From an uncultured bacterium (GTDB lineage Bacteria > Patescibacteriota > Minisyncoccia > UBA6257 > GWB1-50-10), in the NCBI GenBank assembly GCA_963768835.1, contig CAVYJB010000002.1, forward strand, positions 362,466 through 426,465: DNA of 64,000 bases. Reading direction: 5' to 3'. Of the stretch, positions 37,257 to 47,355 are shown one piece after another (the stretch's first letter is position 1; each line of letters opens with the position of its first letter). The notes below the pieces were generated by a model, which saw only the letters and a program-made list of their open reading frames with translations, was not told where the DNA came from and did not search any database. The position numbers and the translations under genes are program-made.

Positions 37257-38543
37257 ATGCGGACAATGTCGAAACGCGCAAAACTCGTCGCGCTCTTCTT
37301 TCTCCTCGTTGCCGTCTCCATCGTTGCGGCGGCGTTCGATTACCCGCCGGTCTGGCAGAAGTTCGGCGGTTCTCGGCCTTGGACCCTCGGCCTCGATCTC
37401 GCGGGCGGGAGCGTTCTCACGTATGATATCGATCTTTCGAGCGTGGCCGCGGCGGACCGCGATTCCGTGGTGAGCGGTCTCCGGGACGTCATCGAGCGGC
37501 GCGTGAATCTTTTCGGGGTCAGCGAACCTCGCGTGTATACCGAGAATGTCGGCGGCACGAGCCGCCTTGTGGTGGAACTCGCGGGCGTCAAGGACATCTC
37601 CACGGCGGTCGCCCAGATCGGCGCGACGCCGCTCCTCGATTTCCGGGAGCTCCAAGAAGTGGGCACCTCGAGCGTGCAGTTCATCCCCACCGCGCTCACC
37701 GGCCGCTACCTCACGAGCGCGCAGGTGGGGCAAGACACCGTGAGCGGGCGCCCCATGGTGCTTCTGCAGTTCAACGACCAGGGTTCGCAGATTTTCTCAG
37801 ATTTGACGGGCAAGGACATTGGGAAGCGCCTCTGCATTTTCCTTGACAACCAGATTCGCAGCATCGACATCGACTGTCCCGTCATCCAGTCGCAGATCAG
37901 CGGCGGCCGGGCGCAGATCACCGGCGATTTCACCTACGCGGACGTGCAGGCCCTGGTGCAGCGCTTCAATGCCGGCGCGCTCCCGGCCCCCATCAAGCTC
38001 GTGGACCAGCAGACCGTCTCGCCGGACTTCGGAAAGAACTCGCTCGACCGCGCCATCATCGCGGGTCTCATCGGCACCGCCGCCGTGATGCTCTTCATGC
38101 TCATCTACTACCGTTTCCTCGGTATCTTCGCCGTGAGCGCGCTTCTCATGTACATCGCGCTCACCCTCGCGGTTTTCAAGATCGTGCCCGTCACGATGAC
38201 GCTCGCGGGCATCGCGGGATTCGTGCTTTCCATCGGCATGGCCGTCGATGCGAACATCCTTGTCTTCGAGCGCACGAAGGAGGAGCTCCGCCGCGGGCTC
38301 ACCCGCGCGGCCGCCATCGAGGAGGGATTTCGGCGCGCGTGGCCTTCCATCCGGGACTCCAACATCTCGACCATCATCACCTCGGCCGTGCTCTACTACC
38401 TCACCTCGAGCTTCGTGAAGGGCTTCGCGCTCTCGCTGCTCCTAGGCGTTCTCCTCAGCATGTTCTCGGCCATCACGATCACGCGGACGATGCTGCGCCT
38501 GTTCCTCCGCGACCATCCCTCGTCCGCCGCGCCCGCGAAATAA
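37257..38543 (+). CDS. secD: protein translocase subunit SecD
   Basis: N-terminal TM helix, periplasmic domain, then the C-terminal 5-TM block (IIAGLIGTAAVMLFMLIYYRF..GIAGFVLSIGMAVDANILVFER). Adjacent to secF. Confidence 0.8.
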   Translation: MRTMSKRAKLVALFFLLVAVSIVAAAFDYPPVWQKFGGSRPWTLGLDLAGGSVLTYDIDLSSVAAADRDSVVSGLRDVIERRVNLFGVSEPRVYTENVGGTSRLVVELAGVKDISTAVAQIGATPLLDFRELQEVGTSSVQFIPTALTGRYLTSAQVGQDTVSGRPMVLLQFNDQGSQIFSDLTGKDIGKRLCIFLDNQIRSIDIDCPVIQSQISGGRAQITGDFTYADVQALVQRFNAGALPAPIKLVDQQTVSPDFGKNSLDRAIIAGLIGTAAVMLFMLIYYRFLGIFAVSALLMYIALTLAVFKIVPVTMTLAGIAGFVLSIGMAVDANILVFERTKEELRRGLTRAAAIEEGFRRAWPSIRDSNISTIITSAVLYYLTSSFVKGFALSLLLGVLLSMFSAITITRTMLRLFLRDHPSSAAPAK

Positions 38544-38550
38544 CTTTCCC

Positions 38551-39450
38551 ATGAAACACTTCTTCAACGTCATCGGGTATCGGAATTACTTCCTCGGTTT
38601 TTCGGGGACCCTCGTCCTCGCGAGCATCGTGCTCATCATCGTGCTGGGGCTCCGGCCGGGCATCGATCTTACGGGTGGCACCGAGATCCAGGTGCGCATC
38701 GATTCCACAACCGTGGATGAGACCGCAATCGCCGCGGCGCTCCGCCCCGTGCAGGGGCTCGCGGTCGGCGTGACGAAGCAGGGGGACGGCACATTCCTGA
38801 TCCAGCTTCCGCACGTGACCGAGGATGAGCACCAGGCGTATCTCACGGCTCTCAAGCCCCTCGGGACCGTGGACGAGGTGAACTATTCCTCGATCGGCCC
38901 CACGGTGGGGACCGAGCTCCGCACGAAGGCGTTCTGGGCCATCGGCACTGTGCTCGTCGCCATCTCTCTTTACATCGCGTTCGCGTTCCGGAAAGTTTCC
39001 GTGCCGGTGAAGTCCTGGAAGTACGGTGTGGTGACACTCCTCACGCTTTTCCACGACGTTTCCATTCCGGCGGGGCTCATCGCCATCCTCGGGGCATGGA
39101 AGGGGATTCAGGTGGACACCAACTTCATCGTGGCGCTGCTCGTGGTGATGGGGTTCTCGGTCCACGACACTATCGTGGTGTTCGACCGCATCCGGGAGCA
39201 CCTTCTTCGGGGAAACCGTCGGCTGCCCTTGGACCAGGTGGTCAATGACAGCGTGAACGAGACCTTTGCCCGCTCCATCAATACCTCCCTCACCCTTTTC
39301 CTGGTGCTTCTCGCGCTGCTGTTGGTAGGCCCGGGGAGCCTGTTCTACTTCATCCTGACCATGCTCGTGGGGACCATCTTCGGGACCTATTCCTCCATCT
39401 TCGTGGCAAGCCCTCTCCTGTACCTGTGGGGGCGGGAAAAGCCCCGCTAG
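38551..39450 (+). CDS. secF: protein translocase subunit SecF
   Basis: GIDLTGGTEIQ motif. 6-TM C-terminal block (SVHDTIVVFDRIRE). Confidence 0.8.
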   Translation: MKHFFNVIGYRNYFLGFSGTLVLASIVLIIVLGLRPGIDLTGGTEIQVRIDSTTVDETAIAAALRPVQGLAVGVTKQGDGTFLIQLPHVTEDEHQAYLTALKPLGTVDEVNYSSIGPTVGTELRTKAFWAIGTVLVAISLYIAFAFRKVSVPVKSWKYGVVTLLTLFHDVSIPAGLIAILGAWKGIQVDTNFIVALLVVMGFSVHDTIVVFDRIREHLLRGNRRLPLDQVVNDSVNETFARSINTSLTLFLVLLALLLVGPGSLFYFILTMLVGTIFGTYSSIFVASPLLYLWGREKPR

Positions 39451-39492
39451 GGGCTTGGCGGGGGAAGGGGTAGGGGGTCTGTGGACAAGGGC

Positions 39493-39528
39493 TTGACTTG
39501 AATCTGCTATATATGCTAAAGTATAAAC
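39493..39528 (+). promoter_or_regulatory. promoter-like TTGACT ... TATATATGCTAAAGT abutting ATG 39530 (possible leaderless transcript)
   Basis: Shares a TATATATGCTA core with promoter modules 1 and 3. Confidence 0.35.
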
Positions 39529-39529
39529 C

Positions 39530-40549
39530 ATGGTAAAGAATCTAGACGCCTTCATCGAACACCTTTTCGAGGGTTTCTCCCCGAAGCAGCGGAAAGTCGT
39601 TACGTCCCGGTTCGGCCTGCGGACGGGGCATCGGGCGCCTCTCCAGGAGATCGGGGATGAGCTCGGTATCACGCGGGAGCGGGTCCGCCAGATCGAGGAA
39701 CAGAGCTTGAAGAAGCTCCGGAGCCGCATCCGCGAGGAGGCCGGTGATTTCCTCGAGGTGGTGGCTAAATATCTCGACACGATGGGAGGGATCCGTCGCG
39801 ACGAGACCTTCCTCATGGAGGTCCGGAAGAAATTCCCCGGCTTCGAGAAAGTGAAGCACGCGGATCAGAAGCTCCGGTTCCTGTTCCTCGCGGCCGAGAC
39901 GCCGTTCCACCACAAGGACACGGATGACGTCTACAGTTTTTGGTACACGAGTGACATCTCGAAGAAGCGTCTATTCGATTTCCTGAAGCAGATGCTCCAA
40001 GTGTTCCGCACCGCCAACAAGCAGGAGTTCTTGGAGAAGCGCGCGTACCTCGCGTACGCGAAGGACTTCGCCTCCTCGAACTTCCTTTCGGTCTCAAAGC
40101 ACATCGGCGTGAATATGTTCGGGGACATGGGACTCCGAGTCTGGCCCGAGATCGAGCCGAAGACCATTCGTGACAAGGCGTACCTCGTGCTCCGGAAGCA
40201 CGGGAAGCCCCTCCACTTCGAGGATGTTGCGAAGTACATCGCGCGGTACGGCATTGATCGCGAGGCCGCACACGTGCAGACGGTGCACAACGAACTTATC
40301 AAAGACCCTCGCTTCGTGCTGGTGGGCCGCGGTCTCTACGCGCTCCGCGAGCACGGCTATGAGCCGGGGACGGTGCGCGAGGTGATTGCGCGGCTTCTGA
40401 AGAAGGAAGGCCCAATGGGTGCGGATGAAGTGGTAAAGGAGGTCAACAAGCAGCGCATCCTGAAGCAGAACACCATTCTTCTTAGCCTTCAGAATCGCAA
40501 GTACTTCAAGCGCCTAGATGACGGGCGCTACCACGTCCGGGAAGCGTAG
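39530..40549 (+). CDS. DNA-binding protein with an N-terminal sigma-70 region-4-like HTH
   Basis: LQEIGDELGITRERVRQIEEQSLKKLR is a region-4-type HTH. No region 2 is present. Confidence 0.5.
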   Translation: MVKNLDAFIEHLFEGFSPKQRKVVTSRFGLRTGHRAPLQEIGDELGITRERVRQIEEQSLKKLRSRIREEAGDFLEVVAKYLDTMGGIRRDETFLMEVRKKFPGFEKVKHADQKLRFLFLAAETPFHHKDTDDVYSFWYTSDISKKRLFDFLKQMLQVFRTANKQEFLEKRAYLAYAKDFASSNFLSVSKHIGVNMFGDMGLRVWPEIEPKTIRDKAYLVLRKHGKPLHFEDVAKYIARYGIDREAAHVQTVHNELIKDPRFVLVGRGLYALREHGYEPGTVREVIARLLKKEGPMGADEVVKEVNKQRILKQNTILLSLQNRKYFKRLDDGRYHVREA

Positions 40550-40550
40550 G

Positions 40551-41960
40551 ATGCTCCAGCACATCATAGAGGAGATCACGGATTTCTTCGCCGAACTCTT
40601 CAAGAAAGAAGAGATATGGGTGATTCTTGCGATCGCGGGGATTGCGGGGGTCGTAGCCCGTGTCGTGATTGTGAACCCGGAGGGCCTTGTGGCCCGCCTT
40701 TTGCATATTGTCCTCGCCCTCTGGTGGCTCTGGCTCTTCGCGGTGCTTCTCTATCTCACGGAGCAGCTCTGGCTCCACTGGCGGCAGGAGCTTTTCAAGC
40801 GCGCCATTAAGTTTAGCGTCGTCGAGTTGCGCATGCCGCGGGAGGTCACGAAAAACCCCATTGCGATGGAGCAAGTTCTTCGATCCATCCACGCGCTCCG
40901 GAACTCGGCCGGCGACATCCGGGAAAAATACTGGGAGGGAGAGGTGACGGTCTGGTTCGCGCTCGAGATGGTGAGCTTCGGCGGGCAGGTGCATTTCTAC
41001 GTACGCTGCCAGTCGAGCCGGAAAAGCTTGGTGGAGGCCGCTTTCTTCTCCTATTACCCCGACGTGGAGATCGTGGATGTGGAGGACTACGTGAGCAAGC
41101 TTCCCAAGGATCTTGCCGAGATGCATGAGAAGGGTCTCGACGTGTGGGGGACCGAGATGCTCCTCGCGAAGGATCCTATCTATCCCATCAAGACCTACCC
41201 CAACTTCGAAAGCATGGAGGAGGACAAGCAGTATGACCCGATCTCGGCGTTCCTTGAGATTCTGGGGAAGCTGAAGCCGGAGGAGACGGTCTGCATCCAG
41301 ATTCTCATCGCCCCCGCCGGCCCCGACTGGGCGAAGCCGTGGGAGAAGAAGATCGTGGAGCTCCAGACCCCGAAGACGATGGTGATGGGGACGGGGGACG
41401 AGGCTCGCGACGTCGCCATGGCGCGCTCGCCTGGTCAGACCGACGTGCTGAAGGCTGTGGAGCAGAATGTCTCGAAACCCGCGTTCCTTACGCTTGTCCG
41501 CTTCCTTTATCTTTCCCCGGCGGCCACCTATTCCGACACCTTTGCACGGCGCGGCCTCACGGGTGCATTCAACCAGTACGCGGCCCTCAACCTGAATTCT
41601 TTTAAGCCGAACCGCATGGTGGCCACGCGTGCACAGATCTGGAACTGGCCGCACGCGTATCCGAAAGTCCGTGTGGATTACCGCAAGCAGCGGCTCCTGT
41701 GGAACTATCCCCGTCGGGAGGTCCCGCCGGAGGTGTGGCTTGGACGCCTTTTCACTTCCTATCCGATGAACTTCAACTTCGCTTCGCAGCGGTTCTTTAT
41801 GAACGTGGAAGGTATCGCGACTCTTTTCCATCCGCCGACGGCCGTGGTTCTTACGGCGCCTCACATCCAGCGCGTCGAGAGCAAAAAGGCGGGTCCGCCT
41901 GCGGGCCTCGCCATCTACGGTGAGGAAAAAGAGCTGGGACGGTTCAGCGATACAGACTGA
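40551..41960 (+). CDS. membrane-anchored hypothetical protein (2-3 N-terminal TM helices, large soluble domain)
   Basis: First gene of a three-gene cluster that ends with the VirD4/TraG-like ATPase. Confidence 0.45.
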   Translation: MLQHIIEEITDFFAELFKKEEIWVILAIAGIAGVVARVVIVNPEGLVARLLHIVLALWWLWLFAVLLYLTEQLWLHWRQELFKRAIKFSVVELRMPREVTKNPIAMEQVLRSIHALRNSAGDIREKYWEGEVTVWFALEMVSFGGQVHFYVRCQSSRKSLVEAAFFSYYPDVEIVDVEDYVSKLPKDLAEMHEKGLDVWGTEMLLAKDPIYPIKTYPNFESMEEDKQYDPISAFLEILGKLKPEETVCIQILIAPAGPDWAKPWEKKIVELQTPKTMVMGTGDEARDVAMARSPGQTDVLKAVEQNVSKPAFLTLVRFLYLSPAATYSDTFARRGLTGAFNQYAALNLNSFKPNRMVATRAQIWNWPHAYPKVRVDYRKQRLLWNYPRREVPPEVWLGRLFTSYPMNFNFASQRFFMNVEGIATLFHPPTAVVLTAPHIQRVESKKAGPPAGLAIYGEEKELGRFSDTD

Positions 41961-41962
41961 CC

Positions 41963-42478
41963 ATGGATACCACGAGCACACTTGCGCTCAGCGACACCCT
42001 GCGGGGGCTCTTCGTAACCTTCCGCGCCATTTTCCTGGTCCTGGATATCGGGCTCTTGGCAACTTTCTGCGCGGTTTTTTACCGCGCGCTTGAGACGCGT
42101 CCTCGCTTCGTGTCTCCGAAAGCGAAGGTGCGTGCGAGGCCGAAGGTGGACAACAAAAAGATTCGGGATGAGTGGCACGCGCTTCTCGAGAAGGCGGACC
42201 TGAAGCCCCCAGAATCTTACGTTCTTGCGATTATCGAGGCGGACAAATTCGTAGATGGTCTTTTGAAGCAGCTGGGATTCCAGGGCGAGCACATGGCGGA
42301 CCGCCTCGAGCGCATCGGCGAGATCAATCCCAACCTCAGCACGCTCGATCGCGTGTGGCAGGCCCACCGCATCCGGAACGAGCTCGTGCACACACCCGAC
42401 TTCGAGGTCTCGCACACCGACGCGCACGAGGTCCTCAAGTCCTACGAGGCATTCCTTCGGGAGGCCGAGCTTCTGTAG
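41963..42478 (+). CDS. small membrane-anchored hypothetical protein
   Basis: N-terminal TM helix. Starts 3 nt after the upstream stop. Confidence 0.4.
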   Translation: MDTTSTLALSDTLRGLFVTFRAIFLVLDIGLLATFCAVFYRALETRPRFVSPKAKVRARPKVDNKKIRDEWHALLEKADLKPPESYVLAIIEADKFVDGLLKQLGFQGEHMADRLERIGEINPNLSTLDRVWQAHRIRNELVHTPDFEVSHTDAHEVLKSYEAFLREAELL

Positions 42479-42580
42479 CGCCGCAAGCGCCGCCTGTCCC
42501 CCCCGTACCCGCGCACCGCGCGGGCTTTTTCTACCCCTTCTCCTACAACGATTTTCGTTGTTTAATGGAGGAAAGCTTCT

Positions 42581-44041
42581 ATGCCAGAATCCGGGAAGAT
42601 TCAGATTATTAAGTACGCGCCGCCGCCGCCGGAGCTCCCGGTCCTGGGGCGCGTGGACCCGGCGGAGGTCTCCTTCTTCGGGCGGACGAACTATGTCGCG
42701 GCGCTTGAGGAGAAGCGTTTCATCTTCGGCATGAAGCGCGTCGACCGCCGCCGCCACCTCTATATCATCGGGAAAAGCGGGGTGGGGAAGTCCAAGCTTC
42801 TCGAGCTCCTGATGCGCCAGGATATCGCCTATGGCCACGGCCTCTGTCTCATGGACCCGCACGGCGACGACATCGACGCCATCCTCGATTTCATCCCGGA
42901 GAACCGCATTGACGACGTGTGTCTCATCGACCCCTCCGACGCGGGGTATCCCATCTCTTTCAACCCGCTCGCGAACGTGGACCCCACGTTCAAGCACCAG
43001 CTGACCCAGGGGCTCATCGAGGTGATGGAGAAGCAGTTCGGCGCGAACTGGACGCCGCGGCTCGAGCACGTCTTCCGCTTCACCTGCCTCGCGCTCCTCG
43101 ACTACCCGCACGCCACCATGCGCGGGATGATTTCCATGCTCACGGACCGCAACTACCGGCAGAAGGTGGTCGAGTACATCGAGGACGACATGGTGAAGCG
43201 CTTCTGGGCGATTGAGTTCGCGGACTGGTCCGAGAAGTTCGACACGGACGCCATCATTCCTCTTGTGAACAAACTGGGGCAGTTCCTCTCGAACCCCATG
43301 CTCCGGAACATCTTCGGCCAGAAGGAGAACAAGGTGGACCTCAGGGACCTGATGGCCAAAAAGAAGATTCTTCTCATCAACCTGTCGAAAGGGAAGCTGG
43401 GGGAGGAAAACTCGAGCTTCTTCGGCTCGATGTTCATCACGAAGATCAAGCAAGCGGGGATGGAGCGTGCCTCGCTCCCGGAGGCGCAGCGGAACGATTT
43501 CTATCTCTACGTCGACGAGTTCCATAACCTCGTGACCGAAACGTTCGAGAACCTCCTCTCCGAGGCCCGGAAGTACGGTCTCTGCCTCACAATGGGGCAT
43601 CAGTACATGGGCCAGCTTATCCCTTCGGTCCAGGCGGCGGTCCTAGGGAACGTAGGATCCATCGTCATTTTCCGCGTGGGAGGGGAGGATGCGCGGTTCC
43701 TCGAGGCCGAGATGACCCCGATTTTCAAAGCGAAGGACATGATTAACCTGGGGATGCAGGAGTTTTATATCAAGATGACCATCAACGGCGAGACCCAGGA
43801 TCCCTTCTCGGCAGCTACCCTCAAGGTTTTGCCGCCGGGGTATCCATCGAACCGCGACCGCATCATCGAAGCTTCGCGTCAGAAGTACTCCATCTCGGCG
43901 GATGCGGCGAAGAAACTTATCGCAGAGGAAGAGGCGGGCATCTTCCGGAGCGCGCAGGAGAAGGCCGCCATCACGGGCGGGCGGTCGTCAGAGGGGGGTG
44001 CGGCAAAACCGGAGGACAAGAACCCCGAACCGCTCATCTGA
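42581..44041 (+). CDS. P-loop NTPase, VirD4/TraG (type IV coupling protein)-like or HerA/FtsK-like
   Basis: Walker A YIIGKSGVGKSKL followed by LMDPHGD. Walker B LYVDEFHNL. Arg-finger-like GHQYMGQ region. Confidence 0.55.
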   Translation: MPESGKIQIIKYAPPPPELPVLGRVDPAEVSFFGRTNYVAALEEKRFIFGMKRVDRRRHLYIIGKSGVGKSKLLELLMRQDIAYGHGLCLMDPHGDDIDAILDFIPENRIDDVCLIDPSDAGYPISFNPLANVDPTFKHQLTQGLIEVMEKQFGANWTPRLEHVFRFTCLALLDYPHATMRGMISMLTDRNYRQKVVEYIEDDMVKRFWAIEFADWSEKFDTDAIIPLVNKLGQFLSNPMLRNIFGQKENKVDLRDLMAKKKILLINLSKGKLGEENSSFFGSMFITKIKQAGMERASLPEAQRNDFYLYVDEFHNLVTETFENLLSEARKYGLCLTMGHQYMGQLIPSVQAAVLGNVGSIVIFRVGGEDARFLEAEMTPIFKAKDMINLGMQEFYIKMTINGETQDPFSAATLKVLPPGYPSNRDRIIEASRQKYSISADAAKKLIAEEEAGIFRSAQEKAAITGGRSSEGGAAKPEDKNPEPLI

Positions 44042-44084
44042 GAAATTATGCAACTACAAAGGCCGATACAAGATTATTCATCAC

Positions 44085-44390
44085 ATGGTCTTTGTTTATA
44101 CGACGTGCGGGAAGGAGGAGGAGGGGCGAAACCTGAGCAAGCTTGTCATCGGGAAGAAACTAGCTGCGTGCGTGCACATGTGGCCTATTGAATCGTGCTA
44201 CACCTGGGAAGGTACGATGAAGTGCGAGAAGGAATTCGTGGTCCAGCTCACGACTCTGGAGTCGAAACTGCAGCCGATTGAAGATCTCATTCTTTCGAAC
44301 CACACCTACTCGACACCCTTTGTGGGGGCCGTCGACATTCGTCGCATCAACCGCGAGTACAAGGAGTGGATGGCGCAGGTGATCGAGTAA
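44085..44390 (+). CDS. cutA: divalent-cation tolerance protein CutA
   Basis: VFVYTTCGKEEEG..LVIGKKLAACVHMWPIESCYTWEGTMKCEKEFVVQLTT...HTYSTPF matches the CutA1 family. Start coordinate is +-1-2 nt. Confidence 0.65.
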   Translation: MVFVYTTCGKEEEGRNLSKLVIGKKLAACVHMWPIESCYTWEGTMKCEKEFVVQLTTLESKLQPIEDLILSNHTYSTPFVGAVDIRRINREYKEWMAQVIE

Positions 44391-44452
44391 GGGGACACTA
44401 GACGTAGACCCCTAAGCCCTCTATCTTACAAAGGGTTTACCCAATATTTTAT

Positions 44453-46114
44453 ATGGCTGATTCTAAAACAACGATTTGTCAGAACTGTAAGCGGAACTTC
44501 GCCATCGAACCGGACGATTTTTCATTCTACGAGAAAATACAGGTGCCGCCGCCGACGTTCTGCTGGCTCTGCCGCGCCCAGCGGCGTTTGGCGTGGCGTA
44601 ATGAGCGCGCGCTTTATAAACGGAAGAGTAACGCAACCGGGAGAGAGATCTTTTCAGCATTTCCTCCGGAGGCGCCCCACACGGTCTACGAGAACGATAT
44701 CTGGTACTCGGATCAATGGGATGGTATCACCTATGGTCGTGATTATGATTTTTCGAGGCCGTTCTTTGAGCAATTCAATGATTTGCACATTCAAGTCCCA
44801 CAGTTTGCACTCTCAGTCGTTTCCCCGGTGAATAGTGACTACGGGAACAACCTGACTGACGCCAAAAACTGCTACCTTATTTTTAATTGCACTCATATGG
44901 AAGATTGCCTGTATGGGAATGGCACCGTTATGTCGAAAGAGTGCATTGATTTTTCCCATCTTTCCAAGTGTGAACTCTGTTACGAAAGTTTCTGGCTTAC
45001 GCGTTGCCAGCGGACATTCTTCTCGGATTGTTGCGAGGACTGTACAGACGTCTGGTTCTCGCGGGACCTTCGCAACTGCTCGAACTGTTTTGGGTGTGTG
45101 GGACTTCGGAATGCTTCCTATCAATGGTTCAACGAGGGTTTGCAAAAAGATGAGTACGGGCGGCGGTTTCGCGCGTTCCACTCCGGATCATACGCAGAGG
45201 TTGAAAGGCACCGCGCTCAAGCGCTTGATCGGTGGAGTCGCTTCCCGGTGAAGTACATCGAGGGGGCGAAAAATACGGATGTGAGCGGAAACTACATATT
45301 CAATTCGAAGAATGTTAAAAATTCTTTCCTGGTGCGGGAGGGGGAGAATATTAAATTCTCTCAATATCTGCAAGTTCCGCCCAACAAGGATTGCTATGAC
45401 CACAGCACATGGGGCGATGGTAATGAGCTGACGTATGAGGTGTGTCAGGCTGGGTTGGGGACCTACAACATTCGGTTCTGCGTTCTGACGTATCCGAACG
45501 TGAAGAATCTTGAATACTGCATTATGTGCCAATCCTCCTCCGATCTTTTTGGCTGTGTAGGATTACGGAAAAAGCAGTATTGCGTCCTGAACAAACAGTA
45601 TCCCAAAGAGGAGTACGAAGCGCTGGTGTCGAAAATTCGACAACATATGATGGAGGTGCCGTATACCGATCGGAAGGGTAGGGTGTATCGCTACGGCGAG
45701 TTTTTTCCCGTTGAGCAGTCGCCCTATCCCTATAACGAAACTCCAGCCCAGGATTATTTCACGCTCACGAAGGAGCAGGCGCTTGAGGTGGGGTTTGCGT
45801 GGCGCGACCAGCCAACCCGGGAGCGTATCCCGACAGAGACCGAGGCTACGCTTCCTGACGATATTGGCGAGGTTTCAGACGATATTCTGAGTGAAATTGT
45901 TGAATGTGCGCACCGTGGCAAATGCAATGACAACTGTACCGGTGCATTTCGTATTGTACCTGCCGAGCTCGCATTTCATCGGCGAATGAGGGTACCGCTC
46001 CCGCGGCTTTGCCCGAATTGTAGAACGCGCAGCCGACTCGGTGGGGGGACGCGGAAGGAAAAACTTAAGAATAAGGCCCCGCGAAAGCGGGGCCCGTGCT
46101 ATACTCAGAAGTGA
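44453..46114 (+). CDS. Cys-rich repeat protein, paralog B
   Basis: N-terminus CQNCKRNFAIEPDDFSFYEKIQVPPPTFCWLCRAQRRLAWRNERALYKR. C-terminal FRIVPAELAFHRRMRVPLPRLCPNCRTRSRL. Internal CSNCFGCVGLRNAS and CIMCQSSSDLFGCVGLRKKQYCVLNKQY repeats. Homolog of 10312..12087. Confidence 0.6.
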   Translation: MADSKTTICQNCKRNFAIEPDDFSFYEKIQVPPPTFCWLCRAQRRLAWRNERALYKRKSNATGREIFSAFPPEAPHTVYENDIWYSDQWDGITYGRDYDFSRPFFEQFNDLHIQVPQFALSVVSPVNSDYGNNLTDAKNCYLIFNCTHMEDCLYGNGTVMSKECIDFSHLSKCELCYESFWLTRCQRTFFSDCCEDCTDVWFSRDLRNCSNCFGCVGLRNASYQWFNEGLQKDEYGRRFRAFHSGSYAEVERHRAQALDRWSRFPVKYIEGAKNTDVSGNYIFNSKNVKNSFLVREGENIKFSQYLQVPPNKDCYDHSTWGDGNELTYEVCQAGLGTYNIRFCVLTYPNVKNLEYCIMCQSSSDLFGCVGLRKKQYCVLNKQYPKEEYEALVSKIRQHMMEVPYTDRKGRVYRYGEFFPVEQSPYPYNETPAQDYFTLTKEQALEVGFAWRDQPTRERIPTETEATLPDDIGEVSDDILSEIVECAHRGKCNDNCTGAFRIVPAELAFHRRMRVPLPRLCPNCRTRSRLGGGTRKEKLKNKAPRKRGPCYTQK

Positions 46115-47313
46115 TGAAGCGACCGTCCGACATACTAAGCCGATGGCGGAAGGGGAGCGACGAGCGCGTGGTAGTGATCGAGGAACTGGACCGCGGCGTG
46201 GAGGTAACCGAGGCGCGCCTCAAGCCATCCGCAAAGACGCTCGACATCGTCTCCGTGCGTACATGCCCGACCCTGGCGGGGCTCGCGCGGGGGCGGACCC
46301 TCTCATTCTCCGACCGACTGATGGTCGCGGGCGGACCCCGCTCCGCGACGACCGTCGAGGGTGAAGCGGTGCTGCGCCGCGCGCATCCTCAGGAGCCGGT
46401 GGGGGAAGGCGAACTCGACAGTCTCCTCTTTCGCGCGCTCTGGGAACTCCTGAATCGCTATCGGGGCTGGGCCGCGAAAAAGATGGGTGTCACGGACCTT
46501 GATCTCGCGCTCGCGAATGTGGACATCGCGCAGGTGCGCCTCGGCACCCACCAAGCCTTCAACCCTCTGGGGCTCTCCGGAGCTTCCTTTGCAGTGAGGC
46601 TCCGCGTGACGCTCGTCCCGCGCGTCTTACTGCCAGTCTTCGAAAAACTGCAAAGCCGCACGCGCGAACTCGTGGTCCTTGAGGCCGGAGCGACCCTCGC
46701 GCGGATTCTCGGGGATAAACCCCATTTCACCGCGATTGTGGGCGAGGACCAGACCGTCGTTTTCGCGTCCTCAGAGAGCGACTCCACCTTTCAGGGTATC
46801 TATGCGTGGGGGAGTTCCGGGGCGGCACGGTCGCTCGGGGAGGAGCTCGCGATTAGTGAAAAGACCGCAGAAGATCTGGTCCGCCGAGCCCTTCGGGGGG
46901 AAGCTTCCGAACGATTCGAACGGCTGGTGGAGAAACACGCCCGCCAGGAATTCGATCGGTTTGAAGCCCTTCTAGAGCCTCTCTACGGTCGCTCCCGGCA
47001 TCCGAAACTCACAACCTTCTTCCACTTTCGACGGTCCCTGCCGCTTCTTATGGAACGCTTCAGTGAAGGGCATGCGCGCTTTTCAAATTACGGCGAGCGC
47101 CTGACGCTTTCGGGGGTGCGGCTCCACGTACCGCCGATGCTCCGGGAATCCTTCCCGGCCTATCGGCATACCACCCTTGCGCTCCTTCTCCAGCCTGCGG
47201 CCGTTCCCCAGTACGCGTTCCTCAATCAGCTTTTGAAACGGCGCGCGCGATGGCTTATCCCCGCGGCGCCGGCTACGACGCCCGGCGTCCCGCATCGGAC
47301 GGGGATGAACTGA
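46114..47313 (+). CDS. hypothetical protein (start overlaps the upstream stop, ATGA)
   Basis: 399-aa ORF translationally coupled to the Cys-rich gene. An actin-like/PilM-like fold is possible but not demonstrable here. Confidence 0.4.
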   Translation: MKRPSDILSRWRKGSDERVVVIEELDRGVEVTEARLKPSAKTLDIVSVRTCPTLAGLARGRTLSFSDRLMVAGGPRSATTVEGEAVLRRAHPQEPVGEGELDSLLFRALWELLNRYRGWAAKKMGVTDLDLALANVDIAQVRLGTHQAFNPLGLSGASFAVRLRVTLVPRVLLPVFEKLQSRTRELVVLEAGATLARILGDKPHFTAIVGEDQTVVFASSESDSTFQGIYAWGSSGAARSLGEELAISEKTAEDLVRRALRGEASERFERLVEKHARQEFDRFEALLEPLYGRSRHPKLTTFFHFRRSLPLLMERFSEGHARFSNYGERLTLSGVRLHVPPMLRESFPAYRHTTLALLLQPAAVPQYAFLNQLLKRRARWLIPAAPATTPGVPHRTGMN

Positions 47314-47355
47314 GGGAGTATGCTACTATAGGAGAGAAGGGAATACCTGATTCGA

